From Alphaproteobacteria bacterium (lineage in GTDB: Bacteria > Pseudomonadota > Alphaproteobacteria > Rs-D84): a stretch of DNA of 44,242 bases. The notes under the pieces are model-generated. The model was given only the letters and a program-made list of their open reading frames with translations, was not told the DNA's origin and did not search any database. A program made the position numbers and the translations under genes. The stretch is from the NCBI GenBank assembly GCA_046882065.1, contig JBKSMY010000027.1:1-44242 (forward strand). The letters are read 5' to 3'. Below, piece by piece: positions 10,283 through 22,063 of the stretch. Each line of letters starts with the position of its first letter. Position 1 is the first letter of the stretch.

Positions 10283-11320
10283 ATGCTGACTACATCTGAT
10301 TTTGATTTTGAATTGCCGGGCGAATTGATTGCGTCGCGCCCATTGCCGCAACGTGATGCGTCGCGTATGCTGGTTGTGTCTGGGGACAAAGTTCATGATA
10401 AGCATATTCGTGATTTTTTGGATTGTCTGCGTCCGGGCGACGTTGTTGTGTTTAATAATTCGCGTGTTATTCCGGCGCGCTTTATGGCGGACGGCAAACA
10501 TGAAATAACATTGCATACATCGGTTGACGATAAGACCTGGTGGGGGCTGTGCAAGAAATTCAATAAAATTCCAGACGGTACAATTTTAACATTGGATAAC
10601 GGCGCGCAAATTCGTGTCTTGGCGCATGATGACGACAGTGGTCTGAAACTGGAATTTTTGTGCGACAATGTTTTTGACACATTGAATGCGGTTGGCAAAA
10701 TGCCATTACCCCCGTATATGAAACGCGACGCCGAAGAATTTGATCGTGAACGTTACCAAACGGTATATTCGTCGCCCCTGGGGTCGATGGCGGCACCGAC
10801 GGCGGGGTTACATTTTACGCCGGAATTATTGGATGAAATTCGCACTCGTGGTGCAGACATTGTAAACATAACGTTGCACGTTGGGGCGGGCACATGGTTG
10901 CCGGTCAAGGTTGAAGACCTGTCCCAGCATAAAATGCACAGCGAATGGGGCTGTATTACAGGCGAACAGGCAGAAAAAATCAATAATGCCACGCGCGTAA
11001 TTGCGGTTGGTACAACGTCTCTGCGATTATTGGAAAGTGCGGCGGCGTGCAACGATGCGCCAAGCATTTACAAACGTGTTCCTCCATTTTGTGCCACCAC
11101 AGATATATTCATCACGCCGGGCTATGAATTTCGCGTGGTAGATGTTTTGTTAACAAACTTTCATTTGCCAAAATCGACATTGTTCATGCTGGTTTCGGCA
11201 TTTGCGGGCCTAGATAATATGAAGTCTGCATATTCGCACGCCGTCGCTGAAAAATATCGTTTTTTCAGTTATGGCGATTGTTGTTTGCTTTTCAAAAAGG
11301 ATGTATCCGATGAAGTATAA
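10283..11320 (+). CDS. queA: SAM:tRNA ribosyltransferase-isomerase
   Basis: DFDFELP, PLPPY, RYQTVY, AAPTAGLHF, LHVGAGT, TNFHLPKSTL, YRFFSYGD. Confidence 0.97.
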   Translation: MLTTSDFDFELPGELIASRPLPQRDASRMLVVSGDKVHDKHIRDFLDCLRPGDVVVFNNSRVIPARFMADGKHEITLHTSVDDKTWWGLCKKFNKIPDGTILTLDNGAQIRVLAHDDDSGLKLEFLCDNVFDTLNAVGKMPLPPYMKRDAEEFDRERYQTVYSSPLGSMAAPTAGLHFTPELLDEIRTRGADIVNITLHVGAGTWLPVKVEDLSQHKMHSEWGCITGEQAEKINNATRVIAVGTTSLRLLESAAACNDAPSIYKRVPPFCATTDIFITPGYEFRVVDVLLTNFHLPKSTLFMLVSAFAGLDNMKSAYSHAVAEKYRFFSYGDCCLLFKKDVSDEV

Positions 11321-12632
11321 TCCGACGTTGCACAAACTATCAAATGGCGTTACGGTAATTTTGGACCCGATGGATACAGAAACAACCAATGTTGCGGTCA
11401 GTTTCAAAACGGGCTCGCTGGACGAGACGCCAAAGGAATACGGCCTTACGCACTTTTGTGAACACATGTTGTGTAACGGAACCGCGCGTTTTCCAACGCG
11501 CAAGGCTATGGTGGATTACATAAGTGAAAACGCAGGTATAATTAATGCATTTACATCCCGCCAGGAATTAAGGTTGCATGGTCGTATCTTAGGCGACAAT
11601 GTGGCTGCTTTAATTGACGTTTTGGCAGACCAACTGCAAAATTCCTTGTTCTTGCCAGAAAAAATAGATTTAGAACGTATCGTTATATTGGATGAATTGT
11701 TCCGTTCCAAGGACAGCAATAAAAAAGCAGACTTTATGTCGCGCACTTTGTTTAAGTCGCCATTGTATTCATTCCAGACACTTGGAACTGAACAAAATAT
11801 AAGGTCGTTCACGCGCGACCAAATGCTGGATTGGCTATCAAAGCGTTTGTCTGCCAAGAATTGTACCATTGCAATTTCGGGCAAAATTAAGAATCCAAAT
11901 GCTATATTGCAACAGTTGGAAAATAAATTTGCGTTTTTGCCAACGCATGATGTCAAAAATGCCAATAAACCGAATTACACCCCCGCAATTGCGCACCATT
12001 CGTCCAACCGCAAAAAAAATGTTAGTATATTTGTTGCGATTCCAAAACGTTTCAAAATAGATGATAGTCAGCGTTTTAAACGTAGTGCCGAACGTCGTTT
12101 CAAAGCTTATTTACAAGAAGAATTATACGATGAAATACGTCAAAAGCACGGCTTGGTATATGGCATATCGGTAGGCGTCCTAGGGGGGGGTCATGGTTTG
12201 CATTATATTGAAACCGAATGTGCGCCGTCAAATGTTGGGCAGGTTGTGGGACTAATCGCGCAAACGTGCAAGCGTGTATATGAATCAGGCCATCCAGATG
12301 ATGAATGGTTGCGTCGTTTTACGGTCAGCCTGCAACTGGGGGATGCTGACTGGCTTGATAGTCCGTCATCGCGATTGGACACGTTGGTGTCACACTATGC
12401 AAAAAATGGTAGTCTGTATGACTTTTTTGGTGTCGTAAAATTGTCAGACAGCATCACGTCCGCAGATGTTCAGAAATATTCGCGCGGTTTCTTTGATGTG
12501 CCAATTTCGATTATAACCGAGGGCCCCAATTACGATGCGGACCTGGGCGCGATATGGAAACAGAATTTTCAAAATTCTAACTTAACAACCAATCTGATTA
12601 ACAACATTAAAACACAAACCAAGGAGAGGTAA
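11310..12632 (+). CDS. M16 family zinc peptidase
   Basis: LSNG, inverted zinc motif HFCEH, NAFT, EIRQKHGLVY. Confidence 0.9.
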   Translation: MKYNPTLHKLSNGVTVILDPMDTETTNVAVSFKTGSLDETPKEYGLTHFCEHMLCNGTARFPTRKAMVDYISENAGIINAFTSRQELRLHGRILGDNVAALIDVLADQLQNSLFLPEKIDLERIVILDELFRSKDSNKKADFMSRTLFKSPLYSFQTLGTEQNIRSFTRDQMLDWLSKRLSAKNCTIAISGKIKNPNAILQQLENKFAFLPTHDVKNANKPNYTPAIAHHSSNRKKNVSIFVAIPKRFKIDDSQRFKRSAERRFKAYLQEELYDEIRQKHGLVYGISVGVLGGGHGLHYIETECAPSNVGQVVGLIAQTCKRVYESGHPDDEWLRRFTVSLQLGDADWLDSPSSRLDTLVSHYAKNGSLYDFFGVVKLSDSITSADVQKYSRGFFDVPISIITEGPNYDADLGAIWKQNFQNSNLTTNLINNIKTQTKER

Positions 12633-12635
12633 ACT

Positions 12636-13040
12636 ATGGCTGCATGGCTTCGCATATTGGCAAATCCAAAGGTGTTAAAACGTTTCTTGGGAACCAAGGC
12701 TGGGAAAAAGGCGACGTTGAAATACGGCAGTATGCTGTTAAATTCCAAGATGGCGCAAAATGCCATTGGTAAATTCATCAATCGTAATGGCGAAACGATG
12801 AAGAATAACAAGGCATACAAACAGCAATTAAAAGATTATGCACGTCTGCAAAAACGTGTTGAAAAACTGGAAGGTCAATTGGACAACGCTCGCGATAATG
12901 GCGAAAAAATGTCTGAATTGACATTTACATTGGGGCGCAATGTTGTCGAAATGCAGCGACTGCTGGCGCAGATGCAGGCTCAGTATCAGCAGCAGATGCA
13001 ACAAATGCAAATTGCAATGGCGAATGCACGCGCCCGATAA
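12636..13040 (+). CDS. Hypothetical coiled-coil protein
   Basis: Strong SD (GGAGAGG); basic N-terminus, Q-rich tail. Confidence 0.7.
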   Translation: MAAWLRILANPKVLKRFLGTKAGKKATLKYGSMLLNSKMAQNAIGKFINRNGETMKNNKAYKQQLKDYARLQKRVEKLEGQLDNARDNGEKMSELTFTLGRNVVEMQRLLAQMQAQYQQQMQQMQIAMANARAR

Positions 13041-13051
13041 AGGGATGGTAA

Positions 13052-14519
<1,468 letters not shown>

Positions 14520-14579
14520 ATCGTTGCAAATTGTTTGTATATTCGTCTAAACTCCTTGCATAAAGTAAAGGAGTTTTTT

Positions 14580-15611
14580 ATGGCCAAACAAAAAAAGCAA
14601 ATCGAAGTTATCGATATGGGGGGCGCAAAAACCGTGGCAAAGAAAAAGTCGCTGGTCCGTGGTGTAAAGACATTTATAACGGTATTTACGGTGATTTGGT
14701 TTGCGCTGTTAATTTGGTTTCCATTGTATGTAAAAAACACATATTCCCAGCCAATTAAAAAATCGATTGTTGTGTCAATGTTCTTTGATTTGCAACGTGG
14801 TATTGTGAAACAGTACGAAGCGTTGCTGGACGGTGTTGCAGATTCAATCAATTTGGAAAAGCCGATTGCCGTTGCGCTGGACAAGGTAAAGATGGCGGAA
14901 AACGCCGTTGACAAAGTTGGCGACGCAACCGCTGCGGCGCGTGAAAAAACCGCCCAGGCAAACGAAGCAACCGCGGACGCGCGCGAAAAAACATCAGGTG
15001 TCAAGAAATTGACAGGCTTTGCGAAAATGTTCGGCGCAAAAACTGATGGTATTGACAATGCGGTTGCCCAGGTGGACAAAGGACTGGACAAGGCAGACAA
15101 CGCAATAGACAAGGCTAATACTGTAATCGCCAAGGTTGATGATACTGCCGCGCGTGTTAATGCCCAGTTGGATAAAATTAAAACGGATTTAACGCGTATT
15201 GCCCAGACCGAAGTTGACACTATGTTGGATACGGCGATTAAATCTGCGCTGGACAAACAGTCTGGCGGATTGGGAACGACCTTGTTAACAAATTATGGTA
15301 TCAAGCATGTGTATCCATGGCGTCCGTCATCTTGGCCTGTTGCGACCAAAATCTATGATGATTTATCAAAGTCTGACATTACAACAATCACAGTTATCAC
15401 CAACACGGTTGATACATATTTTGGTTATGTTGCGTGGGGGCTGGTGATTGCGGCATGGGCATTGGGTATATACTTGTGGCATTTGGTCTTTGGCAAGGTC
15501 AAGGCGATAATAAAACCGTTCAATGTATGCCCGCGCTGTGGTCATACCTATGCGGACAAGCGTACCGCGCTGGGTCTGCTAAAGGTATTCCAACCCTGGA
15601 CATGGTTTTAA
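14580..15611 (+). CDS. Membrane protein with two TM helices and a long helical repeat domain
   Basis: SD AAGGAG; TM segments near both ends; A/D/K-rich heptads; C-terminal CPRCG. Confidence 0.8.
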   Translation: MAKQKKQIEVIDMGGAKTVAKKKSLVRGVKTFITVFTVIWFALLIWFPLYVKNTYSQPIKKSIVVSMFFDLQRGIVKQYEALLDGVADSINLEKPIAVALDKVKMAENAVDKVGDATAAAREKTAQANEATADAREKTSGVKKLTGFAKMFGAKTDGIDNAVAQVDKGLDKADNAIDKANTVIAKVDDTAARVNAQLDKIKTDLTRIAQTEVDTMLDTAIKSALDKQSGGLGTTLLTNYGIKHVYPWRPSSWPVATKIYDDLSKSDITTITVITNTVDTYFGYVAWGLVIAAWALGIYLWHLVFGKVKAIIKPFNVCPRCGHTYADKRTALGLLKVFQPWTWF

Positions 15612-15633
15612 TGATTGTTTTTATATTAGCAAT

Positions 15634-15658
15634 AAAAATCCCCCGTTTGGGGGATTTT
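15634..15658. terminator. Intrinsic terminator
   Basis: AAAAATCCCCC-GTTT-GGGGGATTTT. Confidence 0.8.
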
Positions 15659-15726
15659 GTTTGTAAGATTGCTTGCGCGGCTTGTCAGAAAATGATATAA
15701 TAAACCCAAAGAAATATGGGAAAGGC

Positions 15727-16842
15727 ATGAAAAAGATAAGAGTTTCTGCCGTGTTTGCTGGTATTCTGTTGGGGACGCCATTGGTGGCTGGTGCTGCATA
15801 TCCTGCGTATCCGACGTATCAGGCGACCGGCGCAAATGGCCAGATGATGTATCTGCCGTCTGCAAACAGTCGTGTTGTTTCAACGAATGGTTATAATGGC
15901 TATATGCCAACGGGGTACAGTTCTGTTGCTGCAGCCCAGCCTTCGCGTGTGACGGGTGCGTTGCCCCGTGTTGGTTCGTCCCAGACAACGGCGGGCCGTC
16001 AATATTACCAGCCTGCGGATTACGACCGTCTGGCGGACAGCGGGCTGTACGTTGGTTTGTCTGTTGGGTACACGGCGTCGCTTATGGGCTCGATGAAGGC
16101 GGATTACATCGGTGAAGAAAAATCCTTTGCGGTTCCTGGTGCTTTTGTTGCTGCGGATTTTGCTTCAGACAGCGTAATTCCATTACAGATTTCTGTTGGT
16201 GCGGCATTAAATAACGATGTTCGTGTTGATTTTTCGTACCTGCGTTATTCTAATATCAGTTATCCGCGCACTGTTCAAACGGATGATGGTGCCGGCGATT
16301 ATGTCGAGGCTCAGGTTGACGGTGGTGCAATCACGGCAAATGCAACAATGTTGAACATTTATTATAACATAGACTCGTTCACAGGGTATTTGGCGGGTGG
16401 TTCATTGCGACCATATGTTGGTGCCGGGGTTGGTATTTCGCTAAATACAATTGCGGACTATGTTGTGTATGACAATAATTTTTATTCGGTTAATGATCCG
16501 CAAAACACGCCAGCAGGGATAATAACGGGTATTTCTGATATTTATGCGTATCATAATGGTGGCACAAATGAACAGTTGGCCTTTATGTTAGAGGGTGGAC
16601 TTACCACAGAATTAGAAGGCGGAATAAAAATGGACTTCTTTGTTCGTTATGCCAATCTGGGCCGGGTCAAGACATCGGGCAGTATCGTCTTAAGCCAGAT
16701 TGAATGGCTAAGTGACGGCAGCGGCACCCCAAATGGTGAACAGCCGGCACAATATGATAGTGTTTTGCATTATACAAATTGGTACGAGAGTGGTCGCCTG
16801 GGCATGGTTGATTTAGGGCTTCGCCTGCGATTACAGTTCTAA
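15727..16842 (+). CDS. Outer-membrane beta-barrel protein (Opa/OmpA-like barrel)
   Basis: Signal peptide, GLYVGLSVGY, RPYVGAGVG, C-terminal LGLRLRLQF. Confidence 0.8.
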   Translation: MKKIRVSAVFAGILLGTPLVAGAAYPAYPTYQATGANGQMMYLPSANSRVVSTNGYNGYMPTGYSSVAAAQPSRVTGALPRVGSSQTTAGRQYYQPADYDRLADSGLYVGLSVGYTASLMGSMKADYIGEEKSFAVPGAFVAADFASDSVIPLQISVGAALNNDVRVDFSYLRYSNISYPRTVQTDDGAGDYVEAQVDGGAITANATMLNIYYNIDSFTGYLAGGSLRPYVGAGVGISLNTIADYVVYDNNFYSVNDPQNTPAGIITGISDIYAYHNGGTNEQLAFMLEGGLTTELEGGIKMDFFVRYANLGRVKTSGSIVLSQIEWLSDGSGTPNGEQPAQYDSVLHYTNWYESGRLGMVDLGLRLRLQF

Positions 16843-16907
16843 TTGGTAAAAAAATCTACCGGGCGCATGCCCGGTCGCATTGATTTAGTGGTAACGGGGG
16901 GATTACT

Positions 16908-18614
16908 ATGCGGACAAATTCAATTCTTTATTATTCATTATTGACGGCATTGTTGCCAACTGTGGCCACAGCCGGTATTCGTGTGGGGAATTTGTCTCGT
17001 AACAATGCCCAGAACTATCAACAGTTGAATGAAACACGATATGGGGGCCAGACTGGCACCATGGCCGCTTCAACTACGGTATCAAATACGGCCCAGGCCG
17101 CTAACGTCGATACAACGAATGGGCCGGCTGGCATGGAAAAATGTTCCATGATTTATAACGATGGTGAATTTGTCTGGGCGCGCCCCACATTGGGCCAGGG
17201 AACGGGTGGCGCCCCAACATGCACGGCGGTTGTTGAAATGCGCGCAATTGGTGCTGGACCAAACGGATCTGATGCGATTTTGGCGCGTGCGAATTTGGCG
17301 GCGGGTGATGCAGTCGAATGCAACATTTCCCAATTTGACGAGGCTACATATCTGCCTGCGGCGGGCGAAATTGAATTTCCTGCAGACACCGAACCTACAA
17401 TTGATGATGTTAAAAGGGTCATGAACGCTGAGCAAAAGCAAAATGCCGGACTGAAAATCGCGGCTGGTGCTATTCTTGGTGGCTTGGGTGGCAATATGGC
17501 GGGCAAGGCTGAACCAGGCAGCGATGGATTACTGGGCGGTGGCAAGGCCAAAACCAACAGTACAATTATCGGCGCGTTGGGCGGCGCGGCATTGATGGCT
17601 GGCAACGCTTATACGGGCAAAATTGCGGGTGACACTATTTTATCAACCGGCGTTAATGCGGCGGCTGGCGCGGTTGTTGGCAATATTGTTGCGACGGGCG
17701 ACCCTGTCCTGCGGATTGAGGCCTGTACCGTCGACGGTCAAGACAAGAAATGTCTGTGGGGTTATGTCGAAGAACATGGTGCGGTTGACGGAACGCCTTA
17801 CATTTCCGCCAAGAACCCAAGCGATTTCAAGGTATGTAAAACAGATGACAACGGCAAAGAAGAGTGTGTGTACAAGGAACTGAATATTACAAAAGCAGTA
17901 ATCGCAGGTGCATATACTACGGTAGAAGTAGTCAAAGGTAAAGATGGTAAGCCCGAAAAAGATGAAAGTGACAACGACAAAACGACATATAAATTTATAC
18001 AATCAAATCGTTCTACTGGTGGGGCTATAGATATAGAAACCATTTTTGCCACGGATCAATTCGATGGTGCATCTGAAAAATTCTGCTATCGTGATGGTAA
18101 AATGGATTCTGGCTGGACAGGGTGTGACGATCGTTGGGTTAAATTGGATGGTATTGTTAATGTTGTCACCAAGCGTGCTGCTGCCATGGTTGTAGGTGTC
18201 GAAGACAAGGCCATGGGCTGGAAAAAATCTGATTGGTCCGATTTTAAAACAAAATACGGTAAGAAGGAAGTTGTCGGTCGTACCGGACGTGGCGTTGCAT
18301 CAAACCTGGACAATACGACAACCACGAAACACTTAAATGATGTCAACTTTACCCCGGTATATCAAAATGCCGAAGACGGTGGTATAATTGATTTGTCGAA
18401 CAAGGCGCGCATGAAGGGAACACTGACTGGTGCCGGTGTTGGTGGTGGTATGGGCGCATTTGCGGGTTATCAAGGCGCGCAACAAGAAGTCGAGGACCGT
18501 TGGGTCTCTGCCGTGCGCGAGTACAAAGATTCCTTGCAAAAAATATATTGTGCAACGGGTAATCGATTCTTATCGCACTACAATGATACGGTGATTATAC
18601 CAAGCATGGAATAA
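16908..18614 (+). CDS. Secreted hypothetical protein with glycine-zipper segments
   Basis: Signal peptide (ATA-G), repeated GxxxG stretches, multiple Cys. Confidence 0.75.
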   Translation: MRTNSILYYSLLTALLPTVATAGIRVGNLSRNNAQNYQQLNETRYGGQTGTMAASTTVSNTAQAANVDTTNGPAGMEKCSMIYNDGEFVWARPTLGQGTGGAPTCTAVVEMRAIGAGPNGSDAILARANLAAGDAVECNISQFDEATYLPAAGEIEFPADTEPTIDDVKRVMNAEQKQNAGLKIAAGAILGGLGGNMAGKAEPGSDGLLGGGKAKTNSTIIGALGGAALMAGNAYTGKIAGDTILSTGVNAAAGAVVGNIVATGDPVLRIEACTVDGQDKKCLWGYVEEHGAVDGTPYISAKNPSDFKVCKTDDNGKEECVYKELNITKAVIAGAYTTVEVVKGKDGKPEKDESDNDKTTYKFIQSNRSTGGAIDIETIFATDQFDGASEKFCYRDGKMDSGWTGCDDRWVKLDGIVNVVTKRAAAMVVGVEDKAMGWKKSDWSDFKTKYGKKEVVGRTGRGVASNLDNTTTTKHLNDVNFTPVYQNAEDGGIIDLSNKARMKGTLTGAGVGGGMGAFAGYQGAQQEVEDRWVSAVREYKDSLQKIYCATGNRFLSHYNDTVIIPSME

Positions 18615-18615
18615 T

Positions 18616-18644
18616 AAAAAAAACCGCCGTTTGGCGGTTTTTTT
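18616..18644. terminator. Bidirectional intrinsic terminator
   Basis: A8-CCGCC-GTTT-GGCGG-T7 between convergent genes. Confidence 0.85.
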
Positions 18645-18659
18645 GTTTTGTGGCTGTTT

Positions 18660-19661
18660 TTACTTAATCAACTTACCCATTGCAACAGCGGTGTCGTTCA
18701 TGCGGTTTGAAAAGCCCCATTCATTGTCATACCATGCCGTCACATGTGCCAATTTTTCGCCCAGAACCTTGGTTTGACCCGCGTCAAAAATGGAACTGTG
18801 TGCATCATGTGTAAAGTCAATTGATACTAATGGCAATTCATTGTATCCAAATGTTTTTGATTGTGCTGCGCGCATTGCGTCGTTAATCTCGTCGGCTGTT
18901 GCGTCGCGTTCCAGGTTTACAACTAATTCCACAACGGAAACGTCTGGTGTTGGTACGCGAATTGCCATTCCGTCTAATTTTCCGGCCAATTCTGGCAATA
19001 CCAGGCCGATTGCCTTGGCTGCGCCCGTGCTGGTTGGAATCATAGACAGGTTTGCTGCGCGTGCGCGGCGGAAATCCTTGTGATTTTTATCCAGCAACTG
19101 TTGATCGCCGGTATAGGCATGTACGGTTGTCATCCAGCCTGATACAACACCGAATTTATCATTCAGAACCTTGACCACCGGTGCCAGACAGTTTGTTGTA
19201 CAGGATGCATTTGAAACAATCAAATCGTCCGATGTTAATGTGTCTTGGTTCACACCAAACACGATTGTTTTGTCCGCCCCTGCCGATGGTGCAGATACTA
19301 ATACACGTTTCGCCCCCGCTTCCAGGTGTACACGCGCTTTGTCTGCTGCGGTAAAGATACCTGTGCATTCCATAACGACATCAATATCTAATTCGCCCCA
19401 TGGCAATTTTGCAGGATCGCGTTCTGCGATACATTTAATACGCTGATTGCCAACAACGATGTATTCGCCGTCCAGTTGTACATCCATTGGCAAATTACCG
19501 TGTACAGAATCATACTTTAACAGATATGCGTTCTGTTCCGCCGGCGCCAGGTCATTAACCGCTACAAATTCAATATCATCACGTCCCGATTCCAACGCAG
19601 CACGCAATACCAAACGACCAATGCGCCCGAAACCGTTAATAGCAACTCTTAATTTAGACAT
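18660..19661 (-). CDS. gap: Glyceraldehyde-3-phosphate dehydrogenase type I
   Basis: AINGFGRIGR, SNASCTTNCLAP, WYDNEWGFS. Confidence 0.98.
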   Translation of the reverse strand: MSKLRVAINGFGRIGRLVLRAALESGRDDIEFVAVNDLAPAEQNAYLLKYDSVHGNLPMDVQLDGEYIVVGNQRIKCIAERDPAKLPWGELDIDVVMECTGIFTAADKARVHLEAGAKRVLVSAPSAGADKTIVFGVNQDTLTSDDLIVSNASCTTNCLAPVVKVLNDKFGVVSGWMTTVHAYTGDQQLLDKNHKDFRRARAANLSMIPTSTGAAKAIGLVLPELAGKLDGMAIRVPTPDVSVVELVVNLERDATADEINDAMRAAQSKTFGYNELPLVSIDFTHDAHSSIFDAGQTKVLGEKLAHVTAWYDNEWGFSNRMNDTAVAMGKLIK

Positions 19662-19769
19662 AATTATTTCCTTTCGTTTATTTAATTGGACGGACCTATG
19701 ATAGCCTTCGTGGGACAAAAATACAATATTTTATTTACATTTGGGACATCTTGACTATAATCGGCATAA

Positions 19770-20663
19770 ATGAATACTAATGCGTACATTATCACAGGGC
19801 CAACTGCATCGGGCAAATCAGATTTTGCCCATGAATTGGCGCGTCAAACGAACGGCGTAATTATAAATTGCGACAGTGTGCAAATCTATCGCGGAATAGA
19901 AGCCATCGCCGCCAGTCCCTTTGCCGGCCGCGACAGTTTTGATGAAATAGATGGTGTCCCATATCGTTTGTTTTCTATATTACCATTAACAGAACAAATA
20001 TCTGTATCTGACTATCTGCGTCTGGCGCGCACCGCATATGACGATGCGATTTCCGCAGGGCGCACACCGATATTTGTTGGCGGCACGGGTTATTACATAA
20101 ATGCGTTAATAAACGGTATTTCGCCAATGCCGGACGTTTCTGACGAAAATCGTATGCGCGCCCGCGAATTGGTTGCGCGTGATATTGACGCGGCGCGGGC
20201 ATTATTGCCGGCTGATTTTTCCGCCACCGACCCCCAGCGTGTTGCCCGCGCAGTCGAAGTGTTTTTTGAAACCGGTCGTCACATCACAGATTTTCAGAAC
20301 ATGCCGCGTGTTGGTGCGGTTGTTCCAAACGCGAAACGCGTCTTGGTCAATCCGGATTCTGCTGTTTTGCGGGAACGTATCGCCGCGCGGATTCCGTTAA
20401 TGTTGTCGTCTGGCGCCCTGGCCGAGGCACAATCTGTCATTGATTCTGGGTGGGATGAAAACCGTGCGATTGGCGCATCTCAGTTATGTAGATTCATCCG
20501 TGGTGAAATATCAGAATCTGAATGTGTTGAAAATTGGATAACGCGCACCAATCAGTATGCCAAGCGTCAGCGTACCTGGTTCCGTACCCAGTACAACCCA
20601 GATATAACAATTGATCATTGTCCTACGACGGACGATGTTGCAATTTTATTAGACAACCGCTAG
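19770..20663 (+). CDS. miaA: tRNA dimethylallyltransferase
   Basis: GPTASGKS, DSVQIY, VGGTGYY, YAKRQRTWF. Confidence 0.95.
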   Translation: MNTNAYIITGPTASGKSDFAHELARQTNGVIINCDSVQIYRGIEAIAASPFAGRDSFDEIDGVPYRLFSILPLTEQISVSDYLRLARTAYDDAISAGRTPIFVGGTGYYINALINGISPMPDVSDENRMRARELVARDIDAARALLPADFSATDPQRVARAVEVFFETGRHITDFQNMPRVGAVVPNAKRVLVNPDSAVLRERIAARIPLMLSSGALAEAQSVIDSGWDENRAIGASQLCRFIRGEISESECVENWITRTNQYAKRQRTWFRTQYNPDITIDHCPTTDDVAILLDNR

Positions 20664-20693
20664 AATACTTGAAAAGTAAAAGGAGAAAAACAC

Positions 20694-21233
20694 ATGTGGA
20701 CCACAATCGCAGTTATCGCAGTTTTATTATTATATTTTATTGCCGTTTACAACGGTCTGGTTGCGCGTCGTAATCAGGCACGCGAAGCCTGGGCAACGGT
20801 TGATACGCAGTTAAAGCGTCGCTATGATTTAATACCAAACCTGGTTGAAACAGTTCGTGGTGCGGCGAAACATGAATCAGAAACATTGTCGGCGGTGACG
20901 GCGGCACGCAATGCGGCGATGGCGGCCAATGGTCCAACATCTGCGGATGCGCAAAATAAACTGACCCAGACATTAAAAAGTCTGTTTGCAGTTGCGGAAT
21001 CATACCCAGATTTAAAGGCGAATCAGAACTTTTTGGAACTGCAACGTGAATTGACTGATACGGAAACCAAGATTCAGGCATCGCGTCAGTTTTATAATAC
21101 AGTTGTCATGGCATTGAACACCCAGATTGAACAGTTTCCATCGAATATAGTTGCGCGCATGTTTGGGATTATGCCTGAAAAGATGTTTGAAATAGATGAA
21201 ACTGAACGGGTTGCACCCCAGGTTAGGTTTTAA
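20694..21233 (+). CDS. lemA: LemA family protein
   Basis: N-terminal TM, QLKRRYDLIPNLVETV, ESYPDLKANQNF, FPSN. Confidence 0.95.
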   Translation: MWTTIAVIAVLLLYFIAVYNGLVARRNQAREAWATVDTQLKRRYDLIPNLVETVRGAAKHESETLSAVTAARNAAMAANGPTSADAQNKLTQTLKSLFAVAESYPDLKANQNFLELQRELTDTETKIQASRQFYNTVVMALNTQIEQFPSNIVARMFGIMPEKMFEIDETERVAPQVRF

Positions 21234-21235
21234 TA

Positions 21236-22060
21236 ATGCCCCAGGACTTTACACTTCATACGCACAGCATTGGTTTCGACGGTCGCAACACGGTCGCCGA
21301 AATGGTTGCCCGCGCAGATGAATTGGGGTTTGGCGCGATTGGTATTTCTAATCATTTTATCTTGCATCCCGAAATTGAACGTGCGCGATTTTATTCGTTC
21401 TCGGTCGCGCGCGGATACCAGAATATTTATAACGCATCCTTGGATGCGATTATGAACCTGTTTTTGCCACACTATGATAATTTGGCACAAATTGCGGACG
21501 CGTCAAACGTGCGTGTCCTGCGCGGGATAGAGGTTGATTTTTTTGACGCCGCCATCTGGCAACGTGATTTTGAACGTGCGATAAAGATACTGCGTCCTGA
21601 TTATATTATTGGCGCGTGTCATTTTATTGAATACGACGGAATACTGTGTAATGTGCACGATATGGCGAACGCGGATGAATTTGCGCGCGACGAAATGTTA
21701 AAACTGTATTGGGCCAAGGTTCAGTCTGCCGCCACATCTGGTCTTTTTACATGGATGGCGCACCTGGATTTACCGAAAAAGGTTGGACTGGGGCAGGACG
21801 ATAAATGGGCGGAACTGGAACAGAAAACAATTGAAACCATATCGCAACATAATATGGCGATTGAAATCAATACGGGGCTGGAATCAGAACCATATCCATC
21901 AAAACGCATACTGGACCATATGGCACAATACAATGTTCCGGTTTTGCTTTCAGATGATGCGCACGCCGCGGACCAAATTGGTCGTCGCTTTGACGTGGCG
22001 ACGGGGTTGTGTTCTGATTGTGGAATAACAAATTTCTATATCCCCGATTGTGTAAAATAG
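21236..22060 (+). CDS. PHP-domain phosphoesterase (HisJ/HisK-like)
   Basis: HTHS, GIEVD, GACH, AHLD, EINT, SDDAH. Confidence 0.85.
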   Translation: MPQDFTLHTHSIGFDGRNTVAEMVARADELGFGAIGISNHFILHPEIERARFYSFSVARGYQNIYNASLDAIMNLFLPHYDNLAQIADASNVRVLRGIEVDFFDAAIWQRDFERAIKILRPDYIIGACHFIEYDGILCNVHDMANADEFARDEMLKLYWAKVQSAATSGLFTWMAHLDLPKKVGLGQDDKWAELEQKTIETISQHNMAIEINTGLESEPYPSKRILDHMAQYNVPVLLSDDAHAADQIGRRFDVATGLCSDCGITNFYIPDCVK

Positions 22061-22063
22061 ACA

